This document shows, piece after piece, positions 44,939 through 56,270 of a stretch of 64,000 bases of DNA (the stretch's first letter is position 1; each line of letters opens with the position of its first letter). The notes under the pieces are model-generated. The model worked only from the letters and a program-made list of their open reading frames with translations. It was not told the DNA's origin and searched no databases. The stretch spans positions 64,001 to 128,000 of the forward strand of contig CAVQNT010000001.1 of the NCBI GenBank assembly GCA_963714275.1. Direction: 5' to 3'. This stretch comes from Candidatus Bathyarchaeota archaeon (GTDB taxonomy: Archaea; Thermoproteota; Bathyarchaeia; Bathyarchaeales; DTEX01). A program made the translations under genes and the position numbers.

Positions 44939-46418
44939 GTGCCAATGTCAAGAGGACAGACGATTCCTGCGGTTATCTTCTTACTTTTATTAGGCAGCAG
45001 TATGCCATTTAACGCCTTATCTCAAAATTCCGAAACTGAAAATCTTCAATGGTTGAAAGTAAAGGGCAGGTGGATTGTCGATGAAGACGGAAACTCTGTG
45101 CTCCTTAGGGGTGCAGACTACATGGGGATGGAGTTCGGTTGGTTTTACCATTCTGAGGAAGACTTTTCTAGGATGAAGAGTGGGGTTTCAATGTTGTTAG
45201 ACTTCCAATAGCGTGGAGTGACATTGAGCCAAGAGAAGGTTATTATGATGACAGCTACTTAGCAATACTTGACAGGGTGATTTCATGGTGCAGGAAGTAT
45301 GGTCTCTACATTATCCTTGACATGCATCAATGGAACTGGGCACCGAAATTTGAAGGAAACGGGCTTCCGGATTGGGCTGTTGAGCAGTATTCTGACCAAG
45401 ACCAAGCTAAAGTCGGATTTTTCAGGAACGAAACCATACAAGACCAGTTTTTCAACATGTGGCGTTATGTAGCCAACAGATACAAAAATGAGTCAACGAT
45501 TTTTGCATATGATATTTTTAACGAACCTAATGTTGACTACAGATTAATGAGCGAGGAATCTTTCTTAGAAAGGCTGTATAACTTCTACCAGAGTGCTGTA
45601 GATCACATTAGGGTGGTGGACATCAGACATGCCGTAATGATTGAGCCACCTTGGGGAGGCGGAATCACTGATTGGTCGATGATTTATGATACTAATTTAG
45701 TGTTGTCCACTCATCTTTACACTGAAGGGACAGGGATGGAGTGACGGGCTACGATGGGAATTCCAGCGAGCTTGAGGCTGACTTCTTAGTGGGTTATAAT
45801 TTCTCTTTGATTTGGAATTTACCTTTAGTCATCGGTGAATTTGGCGTAGGCTCTGCAGCAACCAAAGCGCATGAGTGGACAAGAGATTTCATGAACATCT
45901 TTGACAAATACATGGTGAGTGCTTGTTGGTGGTCGTATTGGAGAGATGACGACTCGATGGGGTTGCTCACGTCGAATGGTGAAGAAAAAGAGAACCTGCT
46001 TTCAGCCCTGGTCAGAATTTATCCTTGCAGGTTCAACTATGCCCCTACAAGAATTGAGTGACGATATCGACATGAATGTATCGGAGACAGAGTGGTACTT
46101 GGACAAAGAGGACAATATTGTAGTACATTTAAAATGCCATCTAGAATAGGTGGCAACCTCTCGAAATCCACCAATTTTGACTCAGCGTTCTTTTCCTTCA
46201 TTAAAGATACTTCCGAATTGAGGGTCACACTTCATGGTCAAGGAGGAGGTTACGTTCAAATTGGTCAGAAACCGTCAGAAAATCCATCTAACGAAGAAAG
46301 ACCTAAATCGATATTTCGAGATCCGGTCTTCATTTTTTCTTTTACTTTAAACATCATACTATTATTGACTGTCATAGCTCTCCGTCACAGGCGCATGCGA
46401 TCTCAGAAATATCCATAA
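44939..46418 (+). CDS. Secreted, C-terminally anchored GH5 glycoside hydrolase; frameshifts near 45180, 45733 and 46058
   Basis: Signal peptide, LRGA, WGFNVVRLP (corrected frame), ILDMHQ, FNEP, HLY, IGEFG, WSYW, C-terminal TM. Confidence 0.85.
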
Positions 46419-46497
46419 ACTTTTACATATTCTATTTTTGTGAATGTTTTCAAAGCTTTCTGCACATGTGTCATTGAAAAGAAACTTTGTTACAATA

Positions 46498-46830
46498 TTA
46501 ACTGGTTAATTGTTTCACTAGTTCTCCGAAGAATTGGTCAATTCGATGTTTCGCTTGTCCAAAATCAACCAAAGCCGTGATCGTTGTAACCGGTGTTTCT
46601 GCTACAACTGAAACTCTCGTTGTGTTTTTGTTTATAGGCGTCATGTCAATTAAAAGTACTGAACCTAAGAACATGAAGCTTGTTTTCGTCTTTGCTTTAA
46701 TGTGATGTGTTTTTTCATCGATTTGTTCTATATTACATTCTAGGCTAAGCACCTTTTGAGTAGCCAGCCAAACTTTGTTCAAGGAATAGGCAATTTCTAC
46801 TATTTCCTTCTGTTTCCGTAAATAAGCCAT
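46498..46830 (-). CDS. Hypothetical protein
   Basis: 110-aa ORF with ATG and GAGG RBS. Confidence 0.6.
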   Translation of the reverse strand: MAYLRKQKEIVEIAYSLNKVWLATQKVLSLECNIEQIDEKTHHIKAKTKTSFMFLGSVLLIDMTPINKNTTRVSVVAETPVTTITALVDFGQAKHRIDQFFGELVKQLTS

Positions 46831-47133
46831 CCTCTAAATCATCTTTTTTATTTTTGACAAAGAGTTCATGATCTAATATGCCTTGCTTCTGTTGACACCG
46901 TTATTGTTAATGTGATTTTTAGGTAAATTGATTAATATTTTTTACCTTTTTCTCTCAAAAATCTTATTTGTTTTCAGATTCATTCGTATTATTTTTTTGT
47001 TTTTCTCTATAGGTGTAAAAAAATATGGTATTTGTATGGTGTGTGTGAAAAACACAAACAAAAAGAATGTTATACATTTACTTAGAAAATGTTAAATATG
47101 GTTGACTTATAGAATTTAACTGGTGAAAATACA

Positions 47134-47319
47134 TTGCCAGAACCAGTTTTTGAATGGTATAAAGACAAGGCTGGAAAGTTTAGGTTCAGGTTAAAATCTG
47201 CAAACGGAGAAATCATTGCTACCAGCGAAGGTTATAACTCAAAAGATGGATGCGTAAACGGCATAGAATCAGTCAAAAAGAATGCGCCGGTAGCAAAAGT
47301 TGTAGAAGCGAAAAAGTAA
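47134..47319 (+). CDS. YegP/DUF1508 family protein
   Basis: FEWYKDKAGKFRFRLKSANGEIIATSEGY..K..C.NGIESVKKNA. Confidence 0.9.
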   Translation: MPEPVFEWYKDKAGKFRFRLKSANGEIIATSEGYNSKDGCVNGIESVKKNAPVAKVVEAKK

Positions 47320-47545
47320 ACACCAGCAGTCTATAACCAATCCCTCCTTTTTTATTATTTATTGTGTCTGTCGAGACCTTATCAAGTTTCCTTGTCTTTC
47401 TGTCTACAGTAAATATTTAAGAAATTTTATTAAAGTTTTTATTAGGATCTTGAGAAAGTCCAGTTTTAGAGTTTTACTATTATCTATTTGTTATTATAAA
47501 TAATTATTATTTGGTTGTGTTTCACAAAAAAAGAAGATGGATGGG

Positions 47546-47939
47546 TTACTTTAATCCCATCTTTCTAGCGTATTTTGCGATCAAGAAGATTACTGCAGCC
47601 ACTATTATAAAGTCCAAGATAACGCCAACAAAGTCTCCGAGTGCAAAATTCATGCCATTACCAATAGGCAATGAAACCACAGCTGTGCGCCAGTCTCCTC
47701 CTGACAAGAACGCGCCTGGAATGGGCATTATGATGTCACTGACAAGTGCTGAAACGACTTTACCTATGTAAGTGCCCATTATGAAGCCTATTGCTAGTCC
47801 GATTACTCCAGCCTTACCAATGAAATCCTTGAACTCGTTCAAAAATCCTTTTGGCGGTGGAGGTGGAGGAGGCGCAGGTTTAGGTGTTAGCAGCTCTGTA
47901 ATCTTCTTTCAGCTCATTCAAGACTTCTTTCTGAGACAT
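47546..47939 (-). CDS. mscL: Large-conductance mechanosensitive channel with Pro-rich N-terminal extension; frameshift near 47910
   Basis: EFKDF..GVIGLAIGFIMG...VSALVSDIIMP, GDF...ILDFII; N-terminus MSQKEVLNEL..TPKPAPPPPPPPKG. Confidence 0.85.
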
Positions 47940-48036
47940 AATTTAACCTCTGAGGTTTTGTTTCCTTTATGTTGAATAAAAATATTTCTTATTGTGTCAG
48001 CAGCTAAACTCAACTCCATCTATTCCCTTAAAGACG

Positions 48037-48360
48037 CTATTTCTGAATCTTTCCCCCACATTTAGTGCAGAACCGGGCGTCGGCAAAGTTCTTTTCACCA
48101 CAATTTGGGCATACAACTGGTTCTGGGCTGGTCGCCTTTCTTATTTCTTCTTTTGCTATTGTGAAGGCTTTCTCAATTTCTTTGCTGGCAACTGCAAAAG
48201 CTTTGTTCAGTTCCTCTCCCATTTCAGCAAAGGTGTCTTTCCAGTCTCCACTTGGCAATGCAACGTTTGCTGCTTTACCTTTACTGGTTCTAGCGCCACA
48301 TTTTGAACAGAAATACGCGTTTTCAGAAAGTTCCATTCCACATTTATTACAGAACGTCAT
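48037..48360 (-). CDS. Double zinc-ribbon protein
   Basis: CNKCG..FCSKCG and CPNCG..FCTKCG. Confidence 0.8.
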   Translation of the reverse strand: MTFCNKCGMELSENAYFCSKCGARTSKGKAANVALPSGDWKDTFAEMGEELNKAFAVASKEIEKAFTIAKEEIRKATSPEPVVCPNCGEKNFADARFCTKCGGKIQK

Positions 48361-48627
48361 GTATTTCACCAATGTTATATTAACAAAAGCATCGTTTAAA
48401 AGTTGTGACAAGCCAGCCAGAGAAGAACTCATGATGCAGGGAATATTATTAGTGAGTTAGTGTGGATACTATAGCACCCAGGTGGTGCGCGCGCGCTTTG
48501 AATATGAAATTATGGTTGTTTTTCTTGGCATAATGATTGTAGAATATTATATAATAATCCTATTTTATAATAATAGTAGGAAAACTTTTTAGGGTAGTAC
48601 TTACTTCATTTTCTTAAGGTGAGGCTA

Positions 48628-48891
48628 ATGCGGAATATTGTAAAGGTGACAAGAAGAGGGCAGACCACGATTCCTGCCTTGTTCAGACGGGAATTTGGGA
48701 TTAAGGAAGGAGACGAACTGGTTGTTGAGGTCACCAAGGAGGGGTTGCTTTTTAGGGTGATCCCTAAACTTGAGGAATTGGCTGGCGCATATTCGAAGTA
48801 TGGTAATGTTGAGGAAATGAAACAGGAGATTGAGAAGCTTAGAGAGGAATACGAGCTCGAAAGAAGTATTGGACAGCTGTTTCCTCATTGA
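48628..48891 (+). CDS. AbrB/MazE-type antitoxin (VapB); 3' end probably mis-read
   Basis: VKVTRRGQTTIP..FRREFGIKEGD; the natural end is probably at ..KLREEY, about 48855. Confidence 0.8.
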   Translation: MRNIVKVTRRGQTTIPALFRREFGIKEGDELVVEVTKEGLLFRVIPKLEELAGAYSKYGNVEEMKQEIEKLREEYELERSIGQLFPH

Positions 48892-49255
48892 ACACTTTTA
48901 CTCAACCGACACAGAGATGAGGCGGAAGACTTCCCGTAAACTAAGGGAGTGAATAAAGAGTAGGGAGGGTTTGCTCCCGACCATAGTCATTGGCGAGGTC
49001 GTTCGTGTAGTTTGCGAAAAAGTGGGGAAGGAAGAAGCGGAAGCCTGCTATCTATCTCTAATCAGAAGCGGACTACGTATCCAGGACTTGAATCAGGATA
49101 TTGCAAGACAAGCTGGCTTGCTTAAATGCCGATACAGGAACATTTCTATGGGTGACTGCATAATTGCCTCATCAGCCATAATCAACAAAGCAAAAGTAGT
49201 TTCAGACGACACGCATTTTGACTTCATGAAAGAAGTGAAACGTGGATGGATCTGA
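48851..49255 (+). pseudogene. vapC: VapC/PIN-domain toxin with in-frame TGA at 48950-48952
   Basis: Frame reads SSKEVLDSCFLI...KLRE*IKSREGLLPTIVIGE...SMGDCIIA...VSDDTHF; PIN acidic residues present, start reads ACG. Confidence 0.7.
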
Positions 49256-49320
49256 TGAGGTGATTATAGCTAACCGAAAAGTTAGTGAACTAAAAAGGTA
49301 AGGATGTTGAAATAAAAGAG

Positions 49321-49500
49321 AAGCCTTAGACTGCTGATGAAGAGAAACAGCTTCGAGATTTGATTGCTCAGGACAAGACGATTACTCACATCGCATTAAT
49401 AATGCATAAGTCTCATCAAGCGGTTATGCGGAAAATTCAACGACTTTGATTAGAAGAAGAAGGATTCTGCGTACGTGTTTGTCCTTCTTCTTCTAATTTA
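49321..49500 (+). pseudogene. Decayed Myb/HTH-like DNA-binding protein
   Basis: KP*TADEEKQLRDLIAQDKTITHIALIMHKSHQAVMRKIQRL*LE: W-to-TAG and G-to-TGA in a WT.EEE..L...IA....KS..AV..K..RLGL HTH pattern. Confidence 0.55.
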
Positions 49501-49843
49501 GATAGACTAGGGTTTTTGTGTGATATACGATACACACGATATACCGAGTAAACAGAAGCGGATAAACGTAAATAAGAGAGAGAGAAAAGGGTGGAATTTG
49601 AACCCAACCATCTGAAGATGTCTCCCACACTCCCTCTTTTTTTCTCTATAAATAAAGTAAAACTAAATATTTTCTAGCAAGCCCAAAACTTCCTCTATGT
49701 TCCCTTAACCAAGACGACTAAAATATGCCGTCAACTTTTCAGAGCACCTTATGCTTATACTAGCGATGACTTATTAACTGAAATGTATTTAGTGATTATG
49801 CATATGTAAGTTGAGGAATATAATAGAAATGATGTGATACAAC

Positions 49844-50848
49844 ATGAAGGCTCAACTTTGTACGCGAATAGATGATATTGAAAATAAGCCTCTTTCCTAT
49901 GAGATTGTCGATGACCCCAAACTGGAACCCAACCAAGTGTTAATCAGGATCAAGGCATGTGGAGTTTGCCACTCGAACCTTCATATGATAGAAGGTGAGT
50001 TTAAAGAGTTTGGTATACCCACTAAACTACCGATAATACCTGGACATGAGATTACAGGTGTCATAGAGGACCAGGGAAAGGATGTAAAGGGATTTGAAGT
50101 CTGTGAAAGGGTAGGTGTGCAAGTACTATATGAGAGTTGTAGAAGATGCGAATATTGCATTACTGGAAGGGAAAATCTTTGTCTAGATAGGAAGGCTACA
50201 GGTGAAGTGGTTGACGGAGGGTACGCTGAGTATATAGCTATCCCATATGATTTCATATACAAGCTCCCAAACAACATAGGATTTGAGGAGGGTGCACCTC
50301 TTTTTTGCCCGGGTGTAACAGCATATCGGGCTGTAAGAAGAGCTGGCGTGAGATTTGGACAGAGAGTTGCTGTAATAGGTATAGGCGGGGTTGGTCACAT
50401 GTCACTACAGTTCGCTAAGGTTGCAGGAGCTGAGACAATGACTATTGATAAGTTTGAAGGGCAACTTAAACTAGCAGAAGATCTTGGGTCAGATCATGCA
50501 TTTCTTGCTGATGATGCTGAGAAATATATATCAAAAACAGGAAAAATGGATGTCGTAATGCTTCATGCGCCATCACAGAAAGCCATTAATCAAGCAATTA
50601 GGATTGTGAAGCGTGGTGGAGTAATATTGATGGGTGTCCTAGGTGATATAAGAATAATTTTCCCAGAAGAGTACTCCGTTATCAGCAGTGTAATAGGTTC
50701 GAGGCAAGACATGAAAGAAACACTAAATATTGCGTCAATGGGTAAGATCAAAGTCAAATGGGCACCTTACAAGCTCAGCGAGGCAAGCGACATACTCCTA
50801 AAACTGAAGCAAGGGCAAATAATTGGAAGAGCAGTTTTGGTACCTTGA
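49844..50848 (+). CDS. Zinc-dependent alcohol dehydrogenase
   Basis: CGVCHS, GHE, CRRCEYC...C structural Zn, GIGGVG. Confidence 0.92.
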   Translation: MKAQLCTRIDDIENKPLSYEIVDDPKLEPNQVLIRIKACGVCHSNLHMIEGEFKEFGIPTKLPIIPGHEITGVIEDQGKDVKGFEVCERVGVQVLYESCRRCEYCITGRENLCLDRKATGEVVDGGYAEYIAIPYDFIYKLPNNIGFEEGAPLFCPGVTAYRAVRRAGVRFGQRVAVIGIGGVGHMSLQFAKVAGAETMTIDKFEGQLKLAEDLGSDHAFLADDAEKYISKTGKMDVVMLHAPSQKAINQAIRIVKRGGVILMGVLGDIRIIFPEEYSVISSVIGSRQDMKETLNIASMGKIKVKWAPYKLSEASDILLKLKQGQIIGRAVLVP

Positions 50849-51197
50849 TAGTCAGCTAGGGTACAAACTTTATACTAATGCATTTAATATAATATCATTC
50901 TCTAAATTGAAAAATTATCCTAAACCAATAACTAGCCTTATTCTTTTCTAATGATAAAAAAACATCCTTCCTTTATTATCAATCCTAATTATCTATTTTT
51001 AATATTTTGAACGTATGTCTCATTTGTCAGAGAGCAGTAAGGATATAACATAAGATAAAAAAAGATAAAAAGAAAATGATGAAGAGAAAAAGATTAAATT
51101 TTGGCTAGCTAGCTTTGCTTGGTGTTTAATAGTATCGAAAAAGTTAGAAGATAGTATTTCAAGAAAAATGTGAAAAGTAAATGGCGCTGGACTCGAA

Positions 51198-51935
51198 TTG
51201 TATGATTTGAATGGACTTGAATGGTTGATAGTTTCGATATGTGCGCTTATGATTGGTCTTACTAAAACAGGAATTCCAGGTTTAGGTATTTTGGTTGTTT
51301 CGTTGATGGCAGGCGTTTTTCCAGCTCGCGCCTCAACCGGCATAGTTCTTCCCATGCTGATGTTTGCAGACATTTTCGCTGTAGGCTACTATCGCCGTCA
51401 AGCGGTATGGTCCCATCTCTTACGTGTGATGCCATGGACTGCTTGCGGCGTTGTTCTAGGCTACCTGTTACTGGGAACGGTTAACGATCAGCAGTTGAAA
51501 CCCTTCATAGGAATCATTGTGTTAGTTATGCTTGGAGTAAACTGGTGGTGGGAGCGGAAAAGTGAAAAAGTGTCAATTCCGACACGATGGTGGTTTGCTG
51601 CAGGAATCGGAGTAATCGCCGGCGTAACAACAATGATGGCAAACGCTGCAGGCTCCTTTATTGTGATTTATCTCTTAGCCAACCGTTTGCCCAAAACCGA
51701 ATTCATAGGCACAGGCTCTTGGTATTATCTCATTTTGAATTGGTTTAAGGTTCCGTTCAGCCTAAGTCTCGGGCTCATAGACAGCCAATCATTACAATTC
51801 GACCTGATTCTTTTTCCAGCAGTCGCCATCGGCGCATTAAGCGGCATAATAATCCTGAAACACATATCAGAAAGGAGATTCAAAGTAATATTAGAAATCC
51901 TGACTGTGGCTACTGCGGTTAATCTTCTCTTGTAA
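51198..51935 (+). CDS. TauE/SafE family sulfite exporter
   Basis: GLTKTGIPG, STGIVLP, TTMMANAAG, NWFKVPF; multi-TM. Confidence 0.85.
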   Translation: MYDLNGLEWLIVSICALMIGLTKTGIPGLGILVVSLMAGVFPARASTGIVLPMLMFADIFAVGYYRRQAVWSHLLRVMPWTACGVVLGYLLLGTVNDQQLKPFIGIIVLVMLGVNWWWERKSEKVSIPTRWWFAAGIGVIAGVTTMMANAAGSFIVIYLLANRLPKTEFIGTGSWYYLILNWFKVPFSLSLGLIDSQSLQFDLILFPAVAIGALSGIIILKHISERRFKVILEILTVATAVNLLL

Positions 51936-52123
51936 GATGCATATTATCTCACTATGAGAACCAAGAATTAGCCTCTAGCTATCTATGAATCACCACTCTC
52001 AGTGAATATTAAAAGCTCTGCTTTATGGATAACCTGGCTGATAAAACGTTGAATTTTCGGTTTTAATAATAAATTCGGAAAATTTTAAGAATTAATCTGC
52101 AAAGCAACTCCGAAGCTTGTATC

Positions 52124-53093
52124 TTAACAGGACGGGTCAAGTAAGATTTTTATAGCCTCCTTTTGGCGCAACATCCTAAACGCTTTCTGCCATTCCGTCA
52201 TTGGCATCACATCACTGATGATTGCGTCCAGCTTCAAACTCTTTGTGCGAATCATATCTACAACCTCATCCAAATATTCCAAGTTGCCCCCCCATCTGCC
52301 TAGGATGTTAATGTTCTGCTGTGCCACTTTCTTCATATTCACATTCCATGGTCCTACGCCTATGCCAGTTACTGAAATGCGACCATTTCTAGCGATGCAT
52401 TCCACAGCTGCCTCGATTGCTGCAGCAGCGCCGGATGTCTCGAACCAGACTGAAGGCGCATCTTCATTCTTTATCTTTTTAATAGTCATTTGGCTGAATA
52501 GTAAGGCCTCATCAGACTCCCATCTCCAAAGCTTTAGGTAGGCGTACTTTCTCGTCACCCGGTCCACCTAAAACCGTGATGTGGGATGCACCTTCAAGCC
52601 TAGCAAAGTTAGTAACAAGTAGGCCAACTGGTCCCGGACCAGAAATTACGATACGTTCCCCTTTTTGTAGACGGATGATATCCCGCACCCATGATATAGG
52701 TCCAGTTACTATCTCAAACTGGGCAGCCTCTTTTAGTGTAATGCCCTTCGGCAATTTCCACATGGTATCTGCTGGCACCTGAAAATATTCCGCAAAAGCA
52801 CCATCTCTCTCCCTGCCAGGCCATGGAGATGGACCTCTATGGAAGGCGACAGCTTCACCCTCCTCAAATTGGGTCACATTCTTGCCAACTTTAGCTACTA
52901 CACCTGTATACTCATGACCTAAGATAAGTGGTGTTGGAATCTCATCCAATCCGCTCTCTCGGTGTAAGTCACTCCCACAGATTCCACAATAGGTTACCTT
53001 CAGAAGGATATCATCGTCCCCAATTTTTGGAATAGGGACATCTTGAATCTCAAGGTTACCTTTCCCTGGTGCTGTCTTAACCAAAGCGCGCAT
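52124..53093 (-). CDS. Zinc-binding (sorbitol/threonine DH-like) dehydrogenase lacking the structural-Zn lobe; frameshift near 52516
   Basis: CGICGSDLH, LGHE, DGAFAEY, SGPGPVG, FETSG, KILL. Confidence 0.82.
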
Positions 53094-53331
53094 TTTACTT
53101 TTTTCTCCTACTATTAATGGTTGAAAATTAATAACTTGATTACTTCACTGAGTTATTAAAGTTTATGTAAAAGACAATAAATGTAAAGTAATTTAGTGGT
53201 TCCTTTACCGCACGGTAGGCTTGTAGTACGCATTTTAAAGAATCAACTAGGGCATTACGTATTTAGTTATATTAATGTAGTATGTAAATTGTCATTATTT
53301 ATAGATCAATCGCGTACGCAGAATCGATAGT

Positions 53332-55349
53332 CTACGCAAAGTTCAGAGTCTATCATCTGGTGTCCTTCCAACTTTGGAAGCGAGAACTCGACGCGATCAT
53401 TTTTCCGGTCAAAGTTTAACGCAACTTGATCTGGCACAGACAAAACCTCTATAATCTTCTTTGGTACTTTCACTGAGACTTTAACATTGAACAGTGGTAT
53501 TACATCCTCTATGATATCGAAATCTTGGCACCGTCTTTCAGGCACATAGTGAAGCAAGTGCAATATCCAACGATCTTTGGCAGATTGCTCATTGACCGTG
53601 ACCAGTGTCGTTGTGGGAGCTCCTAAACGTACTAAGGGTTCTGGAAGTAAAATTTCCAGAGCGTTTAGGAATAGTTTTTTACACCATCGTGGTGCGTTCT
53701 TGTTGTATTGATGGAAGATGGGATGCATGAAATAGATTGATCTACCATTCTGGATAATGCCAGGGTAGCCTACTTTTCCTGTAGATGGGGTGTGACGATG
53801 CGAGCAGAAATGCTTGTAAGTTCGGTTGAAATATGGAACAACAGTATCAGCCAATACTTGGCTACCCGGTTCAACCTCTACTTCTAAGCCATTCATATAC
53901 ATCACATGTTCAGTCTCTGGCAGTCCTTTACCGATATCTCCCTTAGGAACGACGAAGTCAGGGCTATAAGGTGCTGGTCCTTTCAATCTGACGCCGAGGT
54001 TTTTGAGGGCGAATTCAGTCTTAGAGCTATTCAAACCAGATTCGTAAGAAACAATGATTGAGCCACCTATAGCAACGAACTGTTCTATCTTGTGGGCTAG
54101 ATCCGTGGAAACTGGGATGTCATCAGGTAATATGACAACCTTGAAGCCCAATAAGTCGGAAGCAGAATCGATAATCTCGAATTGATGAAAGCCCTCTTGT
54201 AGCATACATGTAACGCCGATTATTGCTGGAGGAATGTTGCCACGGTAAGATGGGCCCTCCACAAATTCTTCGGGTGTAAAGACGCCTATTTCGCTTATAG
54301 GTCGCGCATTCTTACACCATGGCTCTTTCTTCTCAACTTCTGAATAGACAGCTCCGATCAGGTTATAGGTGACTGGACAGATTTTTCCGGAAGGATGTAG
54401 TTGGTCGCCTATGGAGCATTTCGCAGCCAGAGTGCTAACATCCTGAAGCACTCGAATTCTAGGGCTTGCTTGTTCTTGAATGAATGGAAATCTCCCCATG
54501 AAGTATGGAACTTGCCGGTCATGCCCATCAGATCTATTCCGAGGTTACGTGCATAGCGCGCGGATATTGGAAAGTGCATGTATCCCCAACCTCCGCTGGG
54601 TAGTGATTCCAGTTCGAAGTGTGTATAAGTGTCCACTGTACTTCTATGCATGGGCCCGATGTGCCCAGAATTGTAGAAGATTGTGCAGTCTTCGTTGCGC
54701 TTGCGTACAAAGTTTGTCATCTCAATCTTAAAGTTATTTATGGTTTTAAGTCCATACTCCCATCGTGCCTGTGAGTCTGAGGGTTCCAGATCTTCTTCTT
54801 CCATTCCTGTTTGGCAATATCTACATGAGCAGTCGCGCGCTTGGACTATATCAAAGAAGATGCCATCTGTAGGTAGTGTTTGGAGAACTTCATTGAGGTG
54901 AGCTTTTAGGAAGTCTCTATATGGCGAGTTTACGCAAAGTGTTCGATAAAAACCAGGTTCATATGGTTTTGTACCGATAGGACACCCGTTTTCATCTATC
55001 ACCAGCCATTCCGGATTTTCGTTGGCAGTATAGTGATCCCATTGCACTGTGGTGTAGATAGGTACTCTGATATTCCGCTTGTGACAAGCCTCGATCTGTT
55101 CCTTCAGAAGATTCCTGGTCAAGTAAGGGTGACGCCTCTCTGGGAAGACCTTAGTATCAAAGTAGATCCAACCATGATGGCATCTCCCAAAGCAGGTTAT
55201 TGAGTTGACCCGAGCTTCTCCAAAGTAGACGCAAATTTTTCAGGATCGAATTCTAATCCTACATTGACAATTTGTTCGCTTGTATGAAAATCAAGATGGA
55301 CTTGACGAAATCTCAATTCGATCTTGTTCACTTCCTGAAGTTCCCCCAT
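53332..55349 (-). CDS. GHL6/GH42-like glycoside hydrolase with trimerisation (GATase-like) domain; several frameshifts
   Basis: RFRQVHLDFHTS, CFGRCHHGW, LCVNSPY, DGIFFD, ELESLPSGGWGY, GKFHTSWGDF, SIGDQLHP, HLLHYVPERR. Confidence 0.8.
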
Positions 55350-55481
55350 ATTTTCCGCTCATTGTCAACTAATCCGGGATAAGACATAAATCAATATCGC
55401 TTGTTTAAATTTCTCATCTAGAAAAAGTGATTCCTTGTGTTTTTTTCTGGTTTTTTCGTATGCCTGTCGGTCATAAGTGGG

Positions 55482-56270
55482 CTAGCAAGATTGCCATGGG
55501 CACTGGTTTGCATAAAACTTGACCGTTATTTGTGGAAACTCATCTTTAAGCATATTAGTGAAATGTTTCAATCCTGGATTCTCTGATATTACATGACTGG
55601 TCTCAATCATAGGTATTCCACATTCTGAGGAGAAGAGAAAGCCGTATTCATCGCTCTCACCAGCAATAAATACGTCACAGCCTTTCTCTATCAACTGCTG
55701 CTGATATTTAACATTAACAAATAACCCAAGTCCGCCCCAAGGCAGACCAACCCTTCCCACCTTCTGTTCCATACCATTAGGTGCTGATACCCTTACCTCG
55801 TCAATACCGATCCTTTTTTTGACTTTTTCCACCAAATTCTTGAGAGTGCACGTAGGAATCTGATATATTTTTGAAAGATCATCAGCTTTTACAGCTTCTC
55901 CTAGTCCTAGTTCTTTAGCAAAATCATCAAAAATGCAAATTTCATCTAATGAACCGTGTATACGAAGAAACGTAAGATTATACTTCATAAGTAGAGAAGT
56001 GCGTTGAACATTGGTTTGCCACTTTTCCCAGCCTAGAGGGTTGTCCTTTCGTACTATCGCATCATAAGGATAGTACAAGCTCTCATGAGCTATAACAAGG
56101 TCACTTCCAGTTTTTCCAGTTTCTTCAAGAGCACTAGAGGTAGCCATCCAGCAAACTAGGACTTTCTTAATCGGTCTCTCTAAGCTGCCATATTGTACGC
56201 CTTCATCCACATTTAAGGTGTGTCTGGTGAGAGATTCCACATACTCTATAATGTCTTTTACTCTGATCAT
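55482..56270 (-). CDS. Nif3-like dinuclear metal centre protein
   Basis: IAHE..Y, IHGSLD, IAGE, IETSH..SE.PG. Confidence 0.8.
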   Translation of the reverse strand: MIRVKDIIEYVESLTRHTLNVDEGVQYGSLERPIKKVLVCWMATSSALEETGKTGSDLVIAHESLYYPYDAIVRKDNPLGWEKWQTNVQRTSLLMKYNLTFLRIHGSLDEICIFDDFAKELGLGEAVKADDLSKIYQIPTCTLKNLVEKVKKRIGIDEVRVSAPNGMEQKVGRVGLPWGGLGLFVNVKYQQQLIEKGCDVFIAGESDEYGFLFSSECGIPMIETSHVISENPGLKHFTNMLKDEFPQITVKFYANQCPWQSC

